A stretch of 61,692 bases of DNA, counting the filler, from Sphacelaria rigidula (lineage: Eukaryota): assembly GCA_964200075.2 (NCBI GenBank). It is 11 parts of 11 records of this genome, joined end to end, with 100 filler letters (N's around TTAATTAATTAA, not from the genome) between each part and the next. Parts side by side here need not be neighbours in the genome. Positions count along the whole stretch, not along the records: positions 44,942 to 50,458 come from CAXNAA020026688.1; positions 50,559 to 56,075 come from CAXNAA020026689.1; positions 56,176 to 61,692 come from CAXNAA020026690.1; 8 more parts are not named here. One strand, written 5' to 3'. Of this stretch, positions 49,265 through 61,692 are shown in pieces. The stretch's first letter is position 1. Every line of letters begins with the position of its first letter. The notes under the pieces were generated by a model that worked only from the letters and a program-made list of their open reading frames with translations, did not search any database and was not told the origin of the DNA. Both the position numbers and the translations under genes were made by a program.

Positions 49265-49950
49265 TGAGCTGGGCCAGCCTGAAATGGATTTGAAAGTTGG
49301 GGGCAAATGAGGAGCTCAGTCTTAGGAGTTGTGCTTTGAAACTTGGTGTGGAGAATCGCGAGGCCATAATGAAACATTTACGGTAAGACATTGACTTTTT
49401 GCCCTCCATGAGTGAAGCAAAAAAGAGCAACGTTCATTTATCACAAACAAAACGTCCTTAACTCATGAAAAAAATATCAACGTCTTATTGTAACCTTGAT
49501 GCTATCCACTTACCGCCATACCAGATTTCAAAGCACAACTCTCAAAACCAAGCTCCTCAATTCAGATATAGCGCGCTAAGTGCAATATATTAAATGCAGC
49601 ATGAAACCTTGCTAACGCCACATACGTCGACAGACAACGAATTATGTCAAAATAAAAAGAATCAATCGTTTCCCCGTGCCCCAAGGAATGTTCGCACCAA
49701 AAATCAGCGTCATCTGCTGGTTATTTTGTGACGGAGTTTCGTATAGGCTTCAATTTCGGGACACCCCCCTCACGTCAATAGATTTACTCGGCATGACATT
49801 CAATCCACGAGAAGGCATCAACCCGGCTGTTGAGTGGATGTGTATTCACCCCTTGATCGAACGTTCAACAAGATATACGGATCACGGTCCGATTCGTAAA
49901 CGTCCTATATCCGTGGCCGTTTAAATCCATGTTTAGGCTCGCCCAGCTCG
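49265..49950. mobile_element. Tc1/mariner-like non-autonomous element (same TIR family)
   Basis: ta|tgagctgggccagcct ... aggctcgcccagctcg. Confidence 0.65.
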
Positions 49951-50458
49951 CACAACTATCGACTGCAGAATCCTGCTATCGCATTATGTAGTACGAATGC
50001 TGCTGCGCCCTAGCGATCGAACGATTGTATCGGGTACCAATTTGGGCGGTGTCTTTTGGTTTGAATCCCTGGAGTTTAACAAGAGCTTTTTTTTGCTGGT
50101 TTACTCACCAGGGGTTGATGCAAAAATAGCAAAGCGCGAACATGAGGAATTGATACAAAATCGGGGGGGGAAGGGGGGGGCAAGGATGTACCGTGTACTG
50201 ATGCAACGCTCGTGATAGTACACAGAGCAAAGTGATAAGTAGTGCCATGGGAGATTCATATGATGATCTCTTGAAACGCACTCGTTTCGAGAAGAGGTCA
50301 TAGGGGTCTTGAAAGTGACACAGTAACGCGAAAAGACGAGGGGAAAAAAGGAGTACTACCTACTACAGTGTTGTCGTCCCACTTATTCTGGGCGCCGGTC
50401 TACCCTATTCGGGATATGTGGGCGCATCAGCTGGGGTCACACAGGAGGAAGGTCAACA

Positions 50459-50558
50459 NNNNNNNNNNNNNNNNNNNNNNNNNNNNNNNNNNNNNNNNNN
50501 NNTTAATTAATTAANNNNNNNNNNNNNNNNNNNNNNNNNNNNNNNNNNNNNNNNNNNN
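50459..50558. other. Artificial contig linker
   Basis: N44-TTAATTAATTAA-N44. Confidence 0.99.
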
Positions 50559-52309
50559 CCACAGGTTACTTCTTCCGAATAAGAGCTTGTCCTCGGTACT
50601 TCTGCTACAAACAGTCCGCAAGACGGGTTGCCCACTTGAGCCTCAATTCAGAGTTAAACCTCAACTCGCACAGTTTGCTGTTTGGTCCTGTTTTCGGCTC
50701 GTTATCTCAAACAGTAGGTTTCACTCGCACAAGGCACTCGTCAACAGTAGACAGCTGTTATTGAAAGTAAGCACCGAGCTCTTTCGTCTTGAGGAAAACC
50801 TCAAATGATTTTCAAGGGATTATCGTATACGTTACTCACTTCTTGAGAACGGCTTGCCGGCCAGAGAGATGAGACGCCGCGTAGAGCAGATGAAAAGCTG
50901 GTGGTCCTTCTTGTGATTAGTTCTACGGTAAGTCCTTCTCAGGCAGGTGAGTTGGAAGTGAGCATCGTAGGCGATGCTGCTCACGATTACCCTCAAAAGC
51001 TCCTAGCTACGCATACAATCTTCTCATATAAATACCAATCAGCGTGATTTACTGTACCTTAAGCCAATCAAAGCTGTATTGGCAGCAGGTACACGCGGCT
51101 AATCGGATACAACCCTGCGTCTACCTTCAAGCAGCTGTGTCGACAATAAAAGGATCCTGCCTCATAAAAACAAACATTCGACTAGAATCTTTCCATACTC
51201 GCCGGCGTTTGCAGGGACCATCTGCATATCCACAAAGAACTAGTTTTAATTCAGGCACGCAGCCATTTACTATCACATTAGCCCACCCTGGATCGTTCAA
51301 GTGCAGTCCCTTTTCAGAAGGGACGAACTTGCATCGAGCCACACGTCTCCCACACCACAGAACAACTGAGACTCCATTTGAAGATCGAGTCCTATTTGGT
51401 ACGGGGAACGGGAAGGGGCGATCAACGCAAAAAAACAAGAAAATATAAACACAAGCACAAAGCAAAGAGAAAAAAAATCGAACCGATACAATGATTCGGT
51501 GTCCTCATGTTCCGTGAGTTCTTCAGACGGGGTCATGGGGAAAAAAAAAAAGACCCAGAATCAACAAACAAACCATATACCACAAAATGCAGTGTCTCCA
51601 GAATGTCGTACGTACTTCCGTGATAGGTACAAGAAATCAGAGACCAATTATGAAACGATTATCCTACCCTGCCATAACTATATCATGAATAAATAGTTCG
51701 CTCTTTTCCGAATGTCCGATTTGTTTTGGGTCATTGGTAGAAAAACAAGCAAGCCCGCCAAGGCATTATATCACTTCGATAACCAAGTTCATGCTAATCA
51801 CTCGTCCCAGTCAATCAGCAGAAGCCAGCAACGTACAGCTGATTTCGTCGCGGAAATGGTAGTTACCCGCGAAAACCATACGTTGATGAAAAAAAAAAAA
51901 AAGAATGATACGGACAATTCAACCCGTTTGAGGAGAGTTAATTGTCGGTACATGTTTGTGAGAACAACGACTTACTTGGGACGTCTGGTTGATGATCCAG
52001 TCGTACAGCATTTCCTTTTTTTTCTCACACGGCGATATGAAAACAACTAACCGGTTTGTGAGATCAGGTGTCCGTACTCGTCAACAGAAACGTGGTGGAC
52101 GGTACACAACCTTCGGGCCTACTACGTAGTTCCGAGGCGGATCACCGAACACGTTTCCGAACCACGACAAATACACAGGACAGAGAGGACCAACGCAGCC
52201 CAGTCCTCACAGTATTTGCCCGTTCGGACTAAAACGAGACTGGCCCGAGCACGAACTGGAGTAAAATCCACAGCCGGTCGTACCGTCACGTTACTTCGTC
52301 CAATAATCC

Positions 52310-55300
52310 CGACTAAATTTATCCGTAAACAGCAAAATATACTTATTTCCACTATCCGTCAGAGGCAAAGAACCAAAATGTCCCACGACACTATTTCACC
52401 AGGCCCTTTTGGGAGTGGCAAGGAAACAATCGGGCAACGAACTGATTGACGGAACGTTTTTCGCGCCTGACGCAAAAGGCAACGCCTCACCCACCAACGA
52501 CAACACTGATCCATTCAAATCCACCAATAAAAACGTTCCAACATCTGGGAGGTCCTAATGGCGCCTAAATGAGTCGATGCCTGTGAATGGCATTCGTGTA
52601 GAACCCATGGGCGCAGGAGCATCGGGACGTAGATGCGGACGGGTTCATCACCTAGCAAGCGGGCATGTCGACTTGTAGGCTTCCCCCTGGGGAGGGCTGC
52701 TGTGGGCCGGCGAACTAACAGAACTATACCATCATCATCCGTATGTAGCATACCTTTCCTTGAGCGTTCAGTAACTTCATCCCGTGTGGGCGCTTTGAGA
52801 TTCCCGACTGGCAAAAGGAATTCGGTTTCTGAGAATGGACATGGACAACCTTTCGATAGATAATGGATAGCTGATTTACAAGCAGGTTCTGCCTGTTGTT
52901 CCCGGGCCCAATCGGCGTGGGAGAAGAGAGTCAAACGTTCCTTGAATACACCATCTGTTGAAGCGTCGACTTCGTGTCGGGTCGGCTCGGGGCTGGGTCG
53001 GCACGAGGCGGTGATGTCGGAATCAAGGGTGAGCCTACCAGTTGGTGTGCTCTCAGACAGAACGTTAACGTCTACTCCTGCGTCGGTTAGCGTGGAAGAT
53101 GTTGTGGTGGTGTTTGCAATATCATCACCAAGGGAGGGGGACACAGCCGTGGTTTCGGCTATGGTTGGCAGGGGCGGCACGGTCGGGGTCGAGTTTCTGG
53201 GGGCCTTGCGTCGCGGAGGCTGCTGGGGCGCAAGGAAACTATCGAGGACCGGGGTGGGGGCAGGAAGGGGAAGGTCAGGACCAGATACGGCTAATTCGGT
53301 GGCCGTTTCGGCGGTTCGCCGTCCACGAGTCCTACTCGAAATCAAATCTAGAACTTGAACTGGTAAGACGGAGTCAGCAAAGGGCGGTTCTACACCTGCT
53401 GCGAAAACCATGCGCTGGCTAGTTGCACGAAAATAATTGTAGCCAACAGTACTCGTAGACAGTCCATTACAAACTGAGTACAACGATTGAGGTTGCAAGC
53501 TGCCTAGAACTAATGCGTGGGCTGTGGTCGTCAGCCCACCCATGCCTCAGGCCGGCGTTTCTCTCAGTGAAAGTGGTGTGTAGAGACCTTCATGTCCATT
53601 CCTGCTTATGAAACATACAATGTCTTCAGTGGGATCGGTGATACGTCTCATGGGGGATTCATCGATAGGTTGAGCTGGTGTGGGCAAGCGTGACAGGAAG
53701 TCGGCGTTTGCATTCTGGGGACCTGTGCGGTACTTCAGTTGAAAGTCGTAAGACGACAGGATTTCGAACCAGCGTTGGACCCTAGCATTGTGTTCCGCCA
53801 TTTTGGCAAGGCTTTCCAAAGACCTGTGATCGGTATAAATGAAAAACGGGATGTCATACAAATACTGACGCAGACGTCGCACGCCCCAAACAACTGCGCC
53901 TGCGTCTTGTTCCATGACAAACCAATTCTGTTCATTCGGAAAAGTGATGCGACTCAGGTAGACAATGGGACGAAAAGTAGCGTCGACTTGCTCCTATTCT
54001 AATGTATAGCCAAACGCAATTTTGGAAGAATCTTTGGGAAGCCGGAAAGGGCGGGAACCCTGCGCCGCGGTCGACCAGTCGGGGAAGACAAGAATCGGCG
54101 GGCGCGAAAGGGTGTCAAGGAAGCGGCGGACAGTTTTTCCCATTTCCAATGTTAACACGAATTTCACCCCTTTTTTGAGGAGGGTGGTGAGGGGTTTTAG
54201 CTTATGGGCAAGGTTTGGTAAGTACTATCTATAGTAGCTTAGACCTCCCAACAAGGAACGCAGTTGAGAAATGTCTCGTGGCACGGGCATATCGGAGAGT
54301 GCGGCGACCTTGTCGAGGAGTGGGCTACGACCTTGGGGGGTGATGCAATGATCCAAGGACTCAATCTTCGTGGCGTCAATGCGGGATTTGGAGGGTGCGA
54401 GTTTCAAGTTGTGTTGTTCAAACCGATTGAAGAATGATGCCAACTGTTCGACGTGTTCAGCCGGTGTGGAATCGTGGCACACGGCGTCATCAAGGTACAT
54501 ATGGCATTTGGGCAATCCATCAGTTACACGGAACATCACACGTTGAAGCGCACCTGAAGCTCCGGCGGCACCTTGTGTTGTAACCAACCACTCGTACAAA
54601 CCTGATGACGTGCAAAACGCTGTCAGTTCAATCGAATTCGGATCCATCATGAGCTAATGGTAGCCGAACTGCATGTCAAAGCTCGAAAATACTTTACCCC
54701 CGCCAAGAGAGTCCATAATTTCATTAATCCGTGGAAGTGGCAGCCGGACGATTTTGGTGACAGCGTTCAATCGTTGATAATTGACCGCCAGTCTGATTTT
54801 GCCATTCTTCTTACGGACGACTACTAAAGGCGAGGCCCACGGAGACGTCGAGTACCGAATTAAGAGGGAGTTCATACGGTACGGACACATAGCGGTAGGC
54901 GGAGTGCCATCAGCAATCTTGATCTTTAACGGTGTCGTGGTACATCGACCTAAATCCAAGGGTGCAGTAGGAAACCGTCCAGAGTATTTAATCAAGATGG
55001 ATCTCAATCTATCGATTACAGTGGGTGTCCAACCATCGCCAGATAGATAAAAAACAATATACCGTAAGTGAGGGGGAATGTCATCCCACAACTTTTGAAA
55101 ACTGGCGCGTTGTTCTGGAGAAAATCTATCCAGTAACGCAGTTGGGGGTTGAGGGTCAGGCGCATCCAGTGGATTTGTCACCACCATGGGGTCAGACATG
55201 TGTAGCGGAGGGGGGCCCGTGGATTTCGGGTGGTCGGTCGGCGAGATGTTGTTCGCCGGAGGGCACACATTTGACAGGGGGGTTCGTATGAGAGGCGCTT

Positions 55301-55990
55301 GAACATAACCCAACAACTGACCGTTGAGTATATCGAAATATTCAGAGGACGTGAGGTAAATGGCCTGCCTACCTTCGTGGACAAAGACTTCGGTCTGTTG
55401 AAAGAGACCAACCTGTGCTTGGTCAGGTTTGAGCAACTCTACCAAATAATGTCCTGTGAGGGCGGGCGATCCATTGCGTCTCACGAGGTTCACTTGAAGT
55501 AGTTGGGGTTCACGAGAAAACGAGACTGCAGGTTCACCAACATAGTACAGACGGAAAGCATTACCTGTTTGCGTGGGGTCCTCCTCATAAGCATGAGCTC
55601 CCGAATCGGTGTCGAAGTGACCCAGTGACAGTTTGCCTGTGACTGGACGGTTCGGGACAGGTGTGTCCGTCGTATACGTATGTGTGGGAAAACGAAGCCA
55701 GCTATCTCGACCCAACAAAACATCAAAAGACATGGAACCGTCGGGCACTATTAGTGCCCATACAGACAACCGAGCAGTGGGAGTAGTATCCTGGTAGAAT
55801 TGTACATCGGTTAGTCTCACCGATTGATTGACCGTAAGAGATGTGGAGGAACCAAACCCCACCAAACACCCGAGGGTGCACGGTGGGCAGACAATGCTCG
55901 TCCGCCGCGCCCGCGTTTATCATCTGTTGCTAGCAGCTGGCTGTAATGTAATCGATTTTACCCGCACCAATTTTCCCGCAGGTGTATGAT
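52310..55990 (-). mobile_element. Decayed Ty3/Gypsy LTR retrotransposon pol (protease-RT-RNase H-integrase N-terminus)
   Basis: Motifs FDVLLGRDSW, SPWASPLVVVRKKNGKIRLAVNYQRLN, PLPRI, FDMQFGYH, YLDD, LRSLLGGLSYYR, YTDHRSL, RVQRW, NANADFLSR and HLGAIRT..LERFYWW, then RRC..CQARK and GPG. Domain order is RT-RH-IN; in-frame stops present; integrase core deleted. Confidence 0.95.
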
Positions 55991-56075
55991 GGTTGATTGT
56001 ACCCTGAATGTGACGGTCAAACAGGGGTACTATGGTCACGGGTAATTGTCGGATATTCCGGTGCTTTGTTTTACA

Positions 56076-56175
56076 NNNNNNNNNNNNNNNNNNNNNNNNN
56101 NNNNNNNNNNNNNNNNNNNTTAATTAATTAANNNNNNNNNNNNNNNNNNNNNNNNNNNNNNNNNNNNNNNNNNNN
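56076..56175. other. Artificial contig linker
   Basis: N44-TTAATTAATTAA-N44. Confidence 0.99.
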
Positions 56176-58457
56176 TTCACCTCTTCTTTTTCAAAACAGT
56201 GAAGGAAGGGCCAGGCAATGAAAATGAGTGTGGCACATGTATGATCACAGAACGCAAAACGCAAGTAGTATGACACAAGAAAACAGAAACGAAGCGATAG
56301 AAGCGACAGAGTTTTTTTCCGGTTGAAAAGAGTCGGATTTTTCGCTGAACACGACCTTTCGTCTGCCGCCGTTTTCACACCCAAGATTGATACACAACCT
56401 CCTCAATAAAGCATGGTGCATGGCAAACGGTTGGAAAGATTCTGATGCATACACTAGTGTCGAACATCCCACATGAGAAAAACACTTTGCTCCGGGGAGT
56501 AGCGTCATGTCTGTTGCAATTGTGCGCGGTAGGTTGCAAAGCACTTGTGCTATAGTAGTCAGCATCAGAAGTCTTCAGAATTCGTAGTTGTGTGTAGTCC
56601 TTGAGTTCTTCTCAAGTATAATATTCCATTACTACTTGAAAAGGCTAGCGCCGGTTAATCTAGGGAAAATATTAGGCCGCGCTCAAACTGCAGTGCTCAA
56701 GTTGGTGTTTTTGGGGCGATACGGAGTAAAGACCCTCTATATCAGGAGGGTGTTATTCACCGTGAGTGGTCCAAGAAACATAGTTTCCCGGCTTTAGCGC
56801 AGTGAATAGGTAGAGAACTTCAGAAAAAAAAAACATTCTTGAATCTTCTTTCGTATGGTCAGGATCGAGTCGGTCCATCGAAAATACCGAAAAGCTAGAA
56901 CCTGGGGTTACACTTCCGCAGGACCCCCGAAGATCGCTCAAGCCCGTCAGTCACTCATTATTGATCGCCGATATTTTTTCTTCCATTATTTGTCAAGAGG
57001 ATGAAAATAACTCCAGATGCCCATTTTTTGGCATTCAACAGTCACGGTGATGAGCGGTGGCAAGCGAAACAAATTTGGAAAATCTTTGACAAACGAAGAA
57101 ATTACGAATTCTGCATACTTTTGACGCTGACTACTGTAGATATACGAGCTTGGCCAGCTTAAAAGCGGCTAAAAGTTGCCCACACAACAGCTTTCCCAGT
57201 TTCCCGAATAAACCTCATATAACCATATCACTGTGAACTGTAGACCCACCTGACGACAAAGGACTGCGTCGCTGTTCGATTGGCGTCGTATTGCCGATGG
57301 CGTTTTTGTACTGCATAGGGTACGGGGTGCGTCTGATATCGTGCGATAGCGTGTCGGAGCGCGTTTTTTTTTCAATGCGGTGGCTTCACGTCAGCAATCA
57401 CCCCGCACGGGGTATACTTCCTCTGTGCCATAAGTAAAGTCCGTTATGGGCGTTTAATCGTTTGCGTATTCCAACGTTGACGATCATCCTATGATCGGAT
57501 TCGTCAAAGAGGTGGAGCGCAAACGAAGCTGGTGAAGAAACAAAAACGAAAAACAAAAGCTCGTTTTCATCACTAAAATTATCTCGAAATATACCACATT
57601 TTGACCCTTTTTTGATCCACTTATACCCCCATCATTGGCCGGTTTTGGACGTTTCCACATCGACTGCTAGCAATTACATGCTAACAAAATGTTGGACGGG
57701 GCGTGCGTAGGTTAAAATCACGGACATGTCCAACATCACTGGTGGTTTTGCGATTTTCACATTTTGTGGCCCATTTCTTGTGATTTTTCGCGTTCCCGGG
57801 TCTCTCATGCTCATCTGGGAAAACGAGCGAAAAATTACCGGTTTTGGACCGACCTGCTTTACTTCGTTTCTTACTCTCCTGCATTTTCGGTCGATCGAGC
57901 CCGTCCTCATCATAGTTGTAGAGAAATGTGCAGTTTCATTTCTTTGGAAATTCTGCCTACTCATTGCAGTAGGGCCGAAAAACTGTGTTTCACGGTCAAT
58001 AACACCCTCCTAATGAACGGGGTATTCACTCGTTTCGCCCGATAACACCAACTAACACTGACTTGGGCACTGTGTTTCGAGGATCATCTGTCGTGTTGTA
58101 CCAAAATCTACCGACGCTAGCAATTTCGACTTGTATCGAAGAGTAGTACGCGAGGAATACCCCGAAACACCCCGAAATAGTTAGACCGCTCACTACTGGA
58201 GTACAAGGACACGAACACCCTGTACTTTGCACACAGTACAGTATTATAGTACGAGGTAGTCAATCATTTGTTCGCGACGATGGGAGGCAGGCTCGTATCT
58301 GGCAGCGGTGATGTCGGCAATGTCTTCGGTTCTACACCGTCTTGACTGTAGGATTCAAGGCTACACGTGCATGGTGCTGCATGCAGATGCGGAGGATATG
58401 ACTTCTGCCTGCACTGCGGTACACGGGCAGGCTCTACTTTGTTTGCAATCACCCGTA

Positions 58458-60002
58458 CGAGCTGGGCCAGCCTAGAGGCGGATTTGAAGTTTGCATGCAA
58501 ATGCGTCGGGCAGTATTTAGAGTTGGAGCGTACAGATTGGTATGGACATACGGAATGAAAAAAAAAGAGTGTGTACCACTTGTTTGTTTGTCTTTCATGA
58601 GTTGATCCGTAGGTCGCGAGGGCAGTCCATCTCGACCATGCATATTTCTGTCAAGTGATGTTGATGCCAATTCCAAGGGATAAGGGCATGTTACCGATAC
58701 CTGAAAACTGATTATTGCCCTCAACTCTTGAAAAAAAAGAATGGTACAATCGTAAAAAACATGTACGCCCTATGCATTGTCCATACCAAATTTTACGTGA
58801 TTAGGACAAACCATCACGGATTCGAATCACCTAATCCACCATTTCTTCGGCCTGTTTGCCCAGAAGGAAATAAAAAGTTGACCGCTAGTCCAAGGGATAT
58901 CCACGCAACTTTTGCGCCATTCCACGTGTCTGGGCTGCGTGTATCTGGGCTGCAACGCTGAAAACAAGGCCTAGCGATTGATTCGTACCATTCGAATCAA
59001 TTGCACTTAAACCAAGTAATTTCCAGACAAATCGTTGAGTTGTCCGACCCTTGAATTTTACGCTACAACTCTAGATATTTCCCGACGCATTCGCCTTTTG
59101 AACACCGGGTCGGTTTCAGTTCGGAGCAGTATTTCCCAGGCCACTCACCGGCCCACGTCTGGTTTTTATGTATTGAAATTTCGTGTGGACCCTCCCTAAT
59201 GCATAATGAACAAAACTCAGCGAGTCAGTTTTTTCTTTTCATTTTTTTCACTGGTTTAGGCCGTTATAGCTCGTATAGTAAAGACCACTTTTTCACGAGA
59301 ACGCCCGAACCTCTGTGAAAAGAATTGACGGCCCATTTTTGTTTCATTCAACACACCTTCGTGGTTCTCCATGCTAAGTTTCAAATCGCAGTTATAAAAA
59401 TTGAGCTAAAAAATTGAGAGAAGGCCCAAGAGCAATGTTCATTTCCGCTCAAAACTTCATGATAAACACGAAACAAATGAAGAAAAACATGAAGAAAAAC
59501 GAACAAAAGGTGAGAAGCTGTTTGTTTATTTTATTATGCACTAGCGGTCCCCCACACTGAATTTCAACGCACATCTCTCAAAAACTGAGATGGGATATCC
59601 AGATTTGGGGCATCTAGGGTCTCTGCTCGTAATATATCGATTTTGGTGTGGAAACTTATGTGCGCCATATCTCGAGATAGATTACGAATGACATCAAGGT
59701 GAGGGTATCTATCGTCTTCCCGTACTGCAGGGAAGGTCCACACCAAAAATCGTCATCACCCGCTGAGTGTATCGTTCAGGGTTTCATAAAGACTTTAGTG
59801 CGGACGCTATCTCCGTACGGTATAGGAATTACTATTCATGGGGTTTGATCAACGAGAAAAAAATGGCTCAGAATTTTGAGCAGACGGGCACTTTTCCTTT
59901 GATTAGACGATGAACACGATATGCGGATCACGGCCCAACTCGTCTGTGTCGATGAGATATTGCTTTTAGAGCATCAAACTGTTTGAAGGCTGGCCCAGCT
60001 CG
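58458..60002. mobile_element. Complete 1,545-bp non-autonomous Tc1/mariner-like element
   Basis: Perfect 16-bp TIR cgagctgggccagcct / aggctggcccagctcg with TA on both sides; no transposase ORF inside. Confidence 0.85.
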
Positions 60003-60174
60003 TAACCGTCTCAGAATAAAACAAGATGGGCTCCCGAATAACGATAAAGAAAAAAGCCGAAGATGGGTCATAACAAAAGGTGTGCGTGGATTTTTCCTTT
60101 CCCCCCACATGTAGGGATAGAAATTTTACACAAGATAGATGCATTGATTGCCCAGACCGCGGTGTAAACTTGTC

Positions 60175-60219
60175 TACATACATACATACATACATACATA
60201 CATACATACATACATACAT
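60175..60219. repeat. (TACA)n microsatellite
   Basis: Direct reading. Confidence 0.97.
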
Positions 60220-60509
60220 GCGTACGTACGCCTGCCTTTGACGGCCGTGATGAACCATCTTATTTATCCATGTATCCAAGTCGACATGCAGTATTTAGAA
60301 CCAAGGGTACCCGATATAGTTTGGTCTGCGAAATGCCGGGACGACTCAAGCCGGCGTTCAATCATGTTCACGATCGTTTGTGTGTACAGTATGTGCTGTC
60401 GTGTGAATGACCAACCATTTCAAAATTGCAAATTGAAAACAAAAAAATGCGGAAAGAGGAACTACGGAAATAGTACGGTCAGACACGAATGAACGATACA
60501 CTGAAGAGA

Positions 60510-60922
60510 AAGTAACGTTACACAATCAAAGAATGCGCCTACGCTCAAACATACGACGTCAGCGTCATGAACAGGGTAACGTCACGCGTCACACCACACG
60601 TTGCAACGCCTCGAACACTGGTGAGTGAGCCGCGACATGCATAGAATGAAAAGTTACATTCGAACGTTACACGTGTCAACGAAACGTTATGTTGGACGCT
60701 ACACGTTCCATGAAACGTCTCATATTACGTTACATGTAACGAAACGTGACGTTGATGACGTTGAAATCTTTTCACGTGATGCACGTAATGTGAACGTAAC
60801 GTTCGATTTTCGAATGAAACGTTCACGTACTCGTACCGTTATTTATTTTCACGTGCCACACGACACGTAACGCGAACGTTCAATTTCACAAACGTGGTGA
60901 ACGTGACATGAACGTGAACATC
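60510..60922. repeat. ACGT-rich short-motif array
   Basis: Dense aacgt/acgtt/cacgt/tgaacgt motifs in both orientations. Confidence 0.7.
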
Positions 60923-61124
60923 TAATGTGTAGACCTATGAAGAAAAGAGAGACGACGACAACGACGACCATGATGAATATTCTTGCCGCAAGGAAACACA
61001 AAAAGTACTGACAGACAACAAACGAAACAAAACCCTACTAAGATACATGTGATGTCACCGAGATCTCCTAGTCCGACCGTCACGACCTCACGACCGTCAC
61101 AACAGCACAACAACAGCCAGCAAG

Positions 61125-61590
61125 GGAGGGCGAGACTAAGGTAACTGTACACGTTCGGATCCAGGCCCAAAAGCGTTTCTCGCTTCTTCAGCCCGAAGTT
61201 ACGCCGCCGTGACTTGTAGCAGGTTTCATTGTCTCATGTCGGGCCCCCAGGCTTTGATTTTCTGCACCTCACGCCGGGCGACCGAAGGTGTCGCGTGTAT
61301 GGCTGACAGTGCACCAGCTGGCTCTCACCATCTTCTTAACCACACTACATCATTTCTTCAGATGCGACCGCAACACACAACAACCTCCCGTGTTGTTGCA
61401 CTGCGATACATAAACACTCGTCGTGTGGCACACGCACCTCAGTTACATGACGACCAGCACGGCTTGATCAAGCTGCATCCTGGCTCTCATATTCAGTCGC
61501 ACACAACATATACGAAGACCAGCATCACGTCTGCGATACGTGATCTCGCTGACGAAGACGACGTTGCCTCGTCCCGCACCGAAGTAACAC
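61125..61590 (-). pseudogene. Decayed tyrosine-recombinase gene, DIRS/Ngaro-like
   Basis: Mixed-frame peptides in the expected order: YFGAGR...SEIT, ADVML, RLNMRARMQLDQA (cf. IRxSKTDQ), LKKRETLLGLDPNVYSYLSL (cf. GLDPxxYSxHSLR). Confidence 0.45.
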
Positions 61591-61692
61591 CGCCCACGGA
61601 CACACGTGCCCCAGAGGTTGGCTCCGACTGCTACCACCGTGGTTGGAGTCGGAGCCAACCTCCGGGGCACGTGTGTCCATGGGCGATGTTGC
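61584..61692 (-). ncRNA. Long near-perfect hairpin, candidate miRNA precursor or palindromic element
   Basis: 44-bp arms differ at 3 positions, all G-U pairs on the minus strand; the inner segment accac-g-gtggt also pairs. Confidence 0.4.

Overview
This is not one contiguous locus. It is 11 unrelated short contigs (five of 5,518 bp, then six of 5,517 bp) joined by ten artificial 100-bp linkers (44 N + TTAATTAATTAA + 44 N), so gene neighbourhood across linkers has no biological meaning. The DNA is repeat-rich eukaryotic nuclear sequence. A brown alga (Phaeophyceae) or related stramenopile is my inference, from GT-AG introns, (TTAGGG)n, EsV-1-7-like repeats and the transposon mix. Host genes I can support: two exons of a MAP kinase (contig 9) and the last three exons of a PH-GRAM-domain protein (contig 5). 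Contig 6 may hold further unidentified exons. Most of the rest is mobile DNA: a decayed Ty3/Gypsy pol, a decayed Ty1/Copia RT-RNaseH, several copies of one LINE family, probable relics of a Mutator-like transposase and of a DIRS/Ngaro-type tyrosine recombinase, and several MITE families with readable TIRs and target-site duplications, some nested. The most notable observations are: (1) a LINE whose 3' end abuts C-rich tracts instead of poly(A) in five copies; (2) a ~109-nt hairpin whose arm mismatches all become G-U pairs on one strand; (3) decayed EsV-1-7-like repeats followed by a possible nuclease. I found no intact novel multi-gene system.
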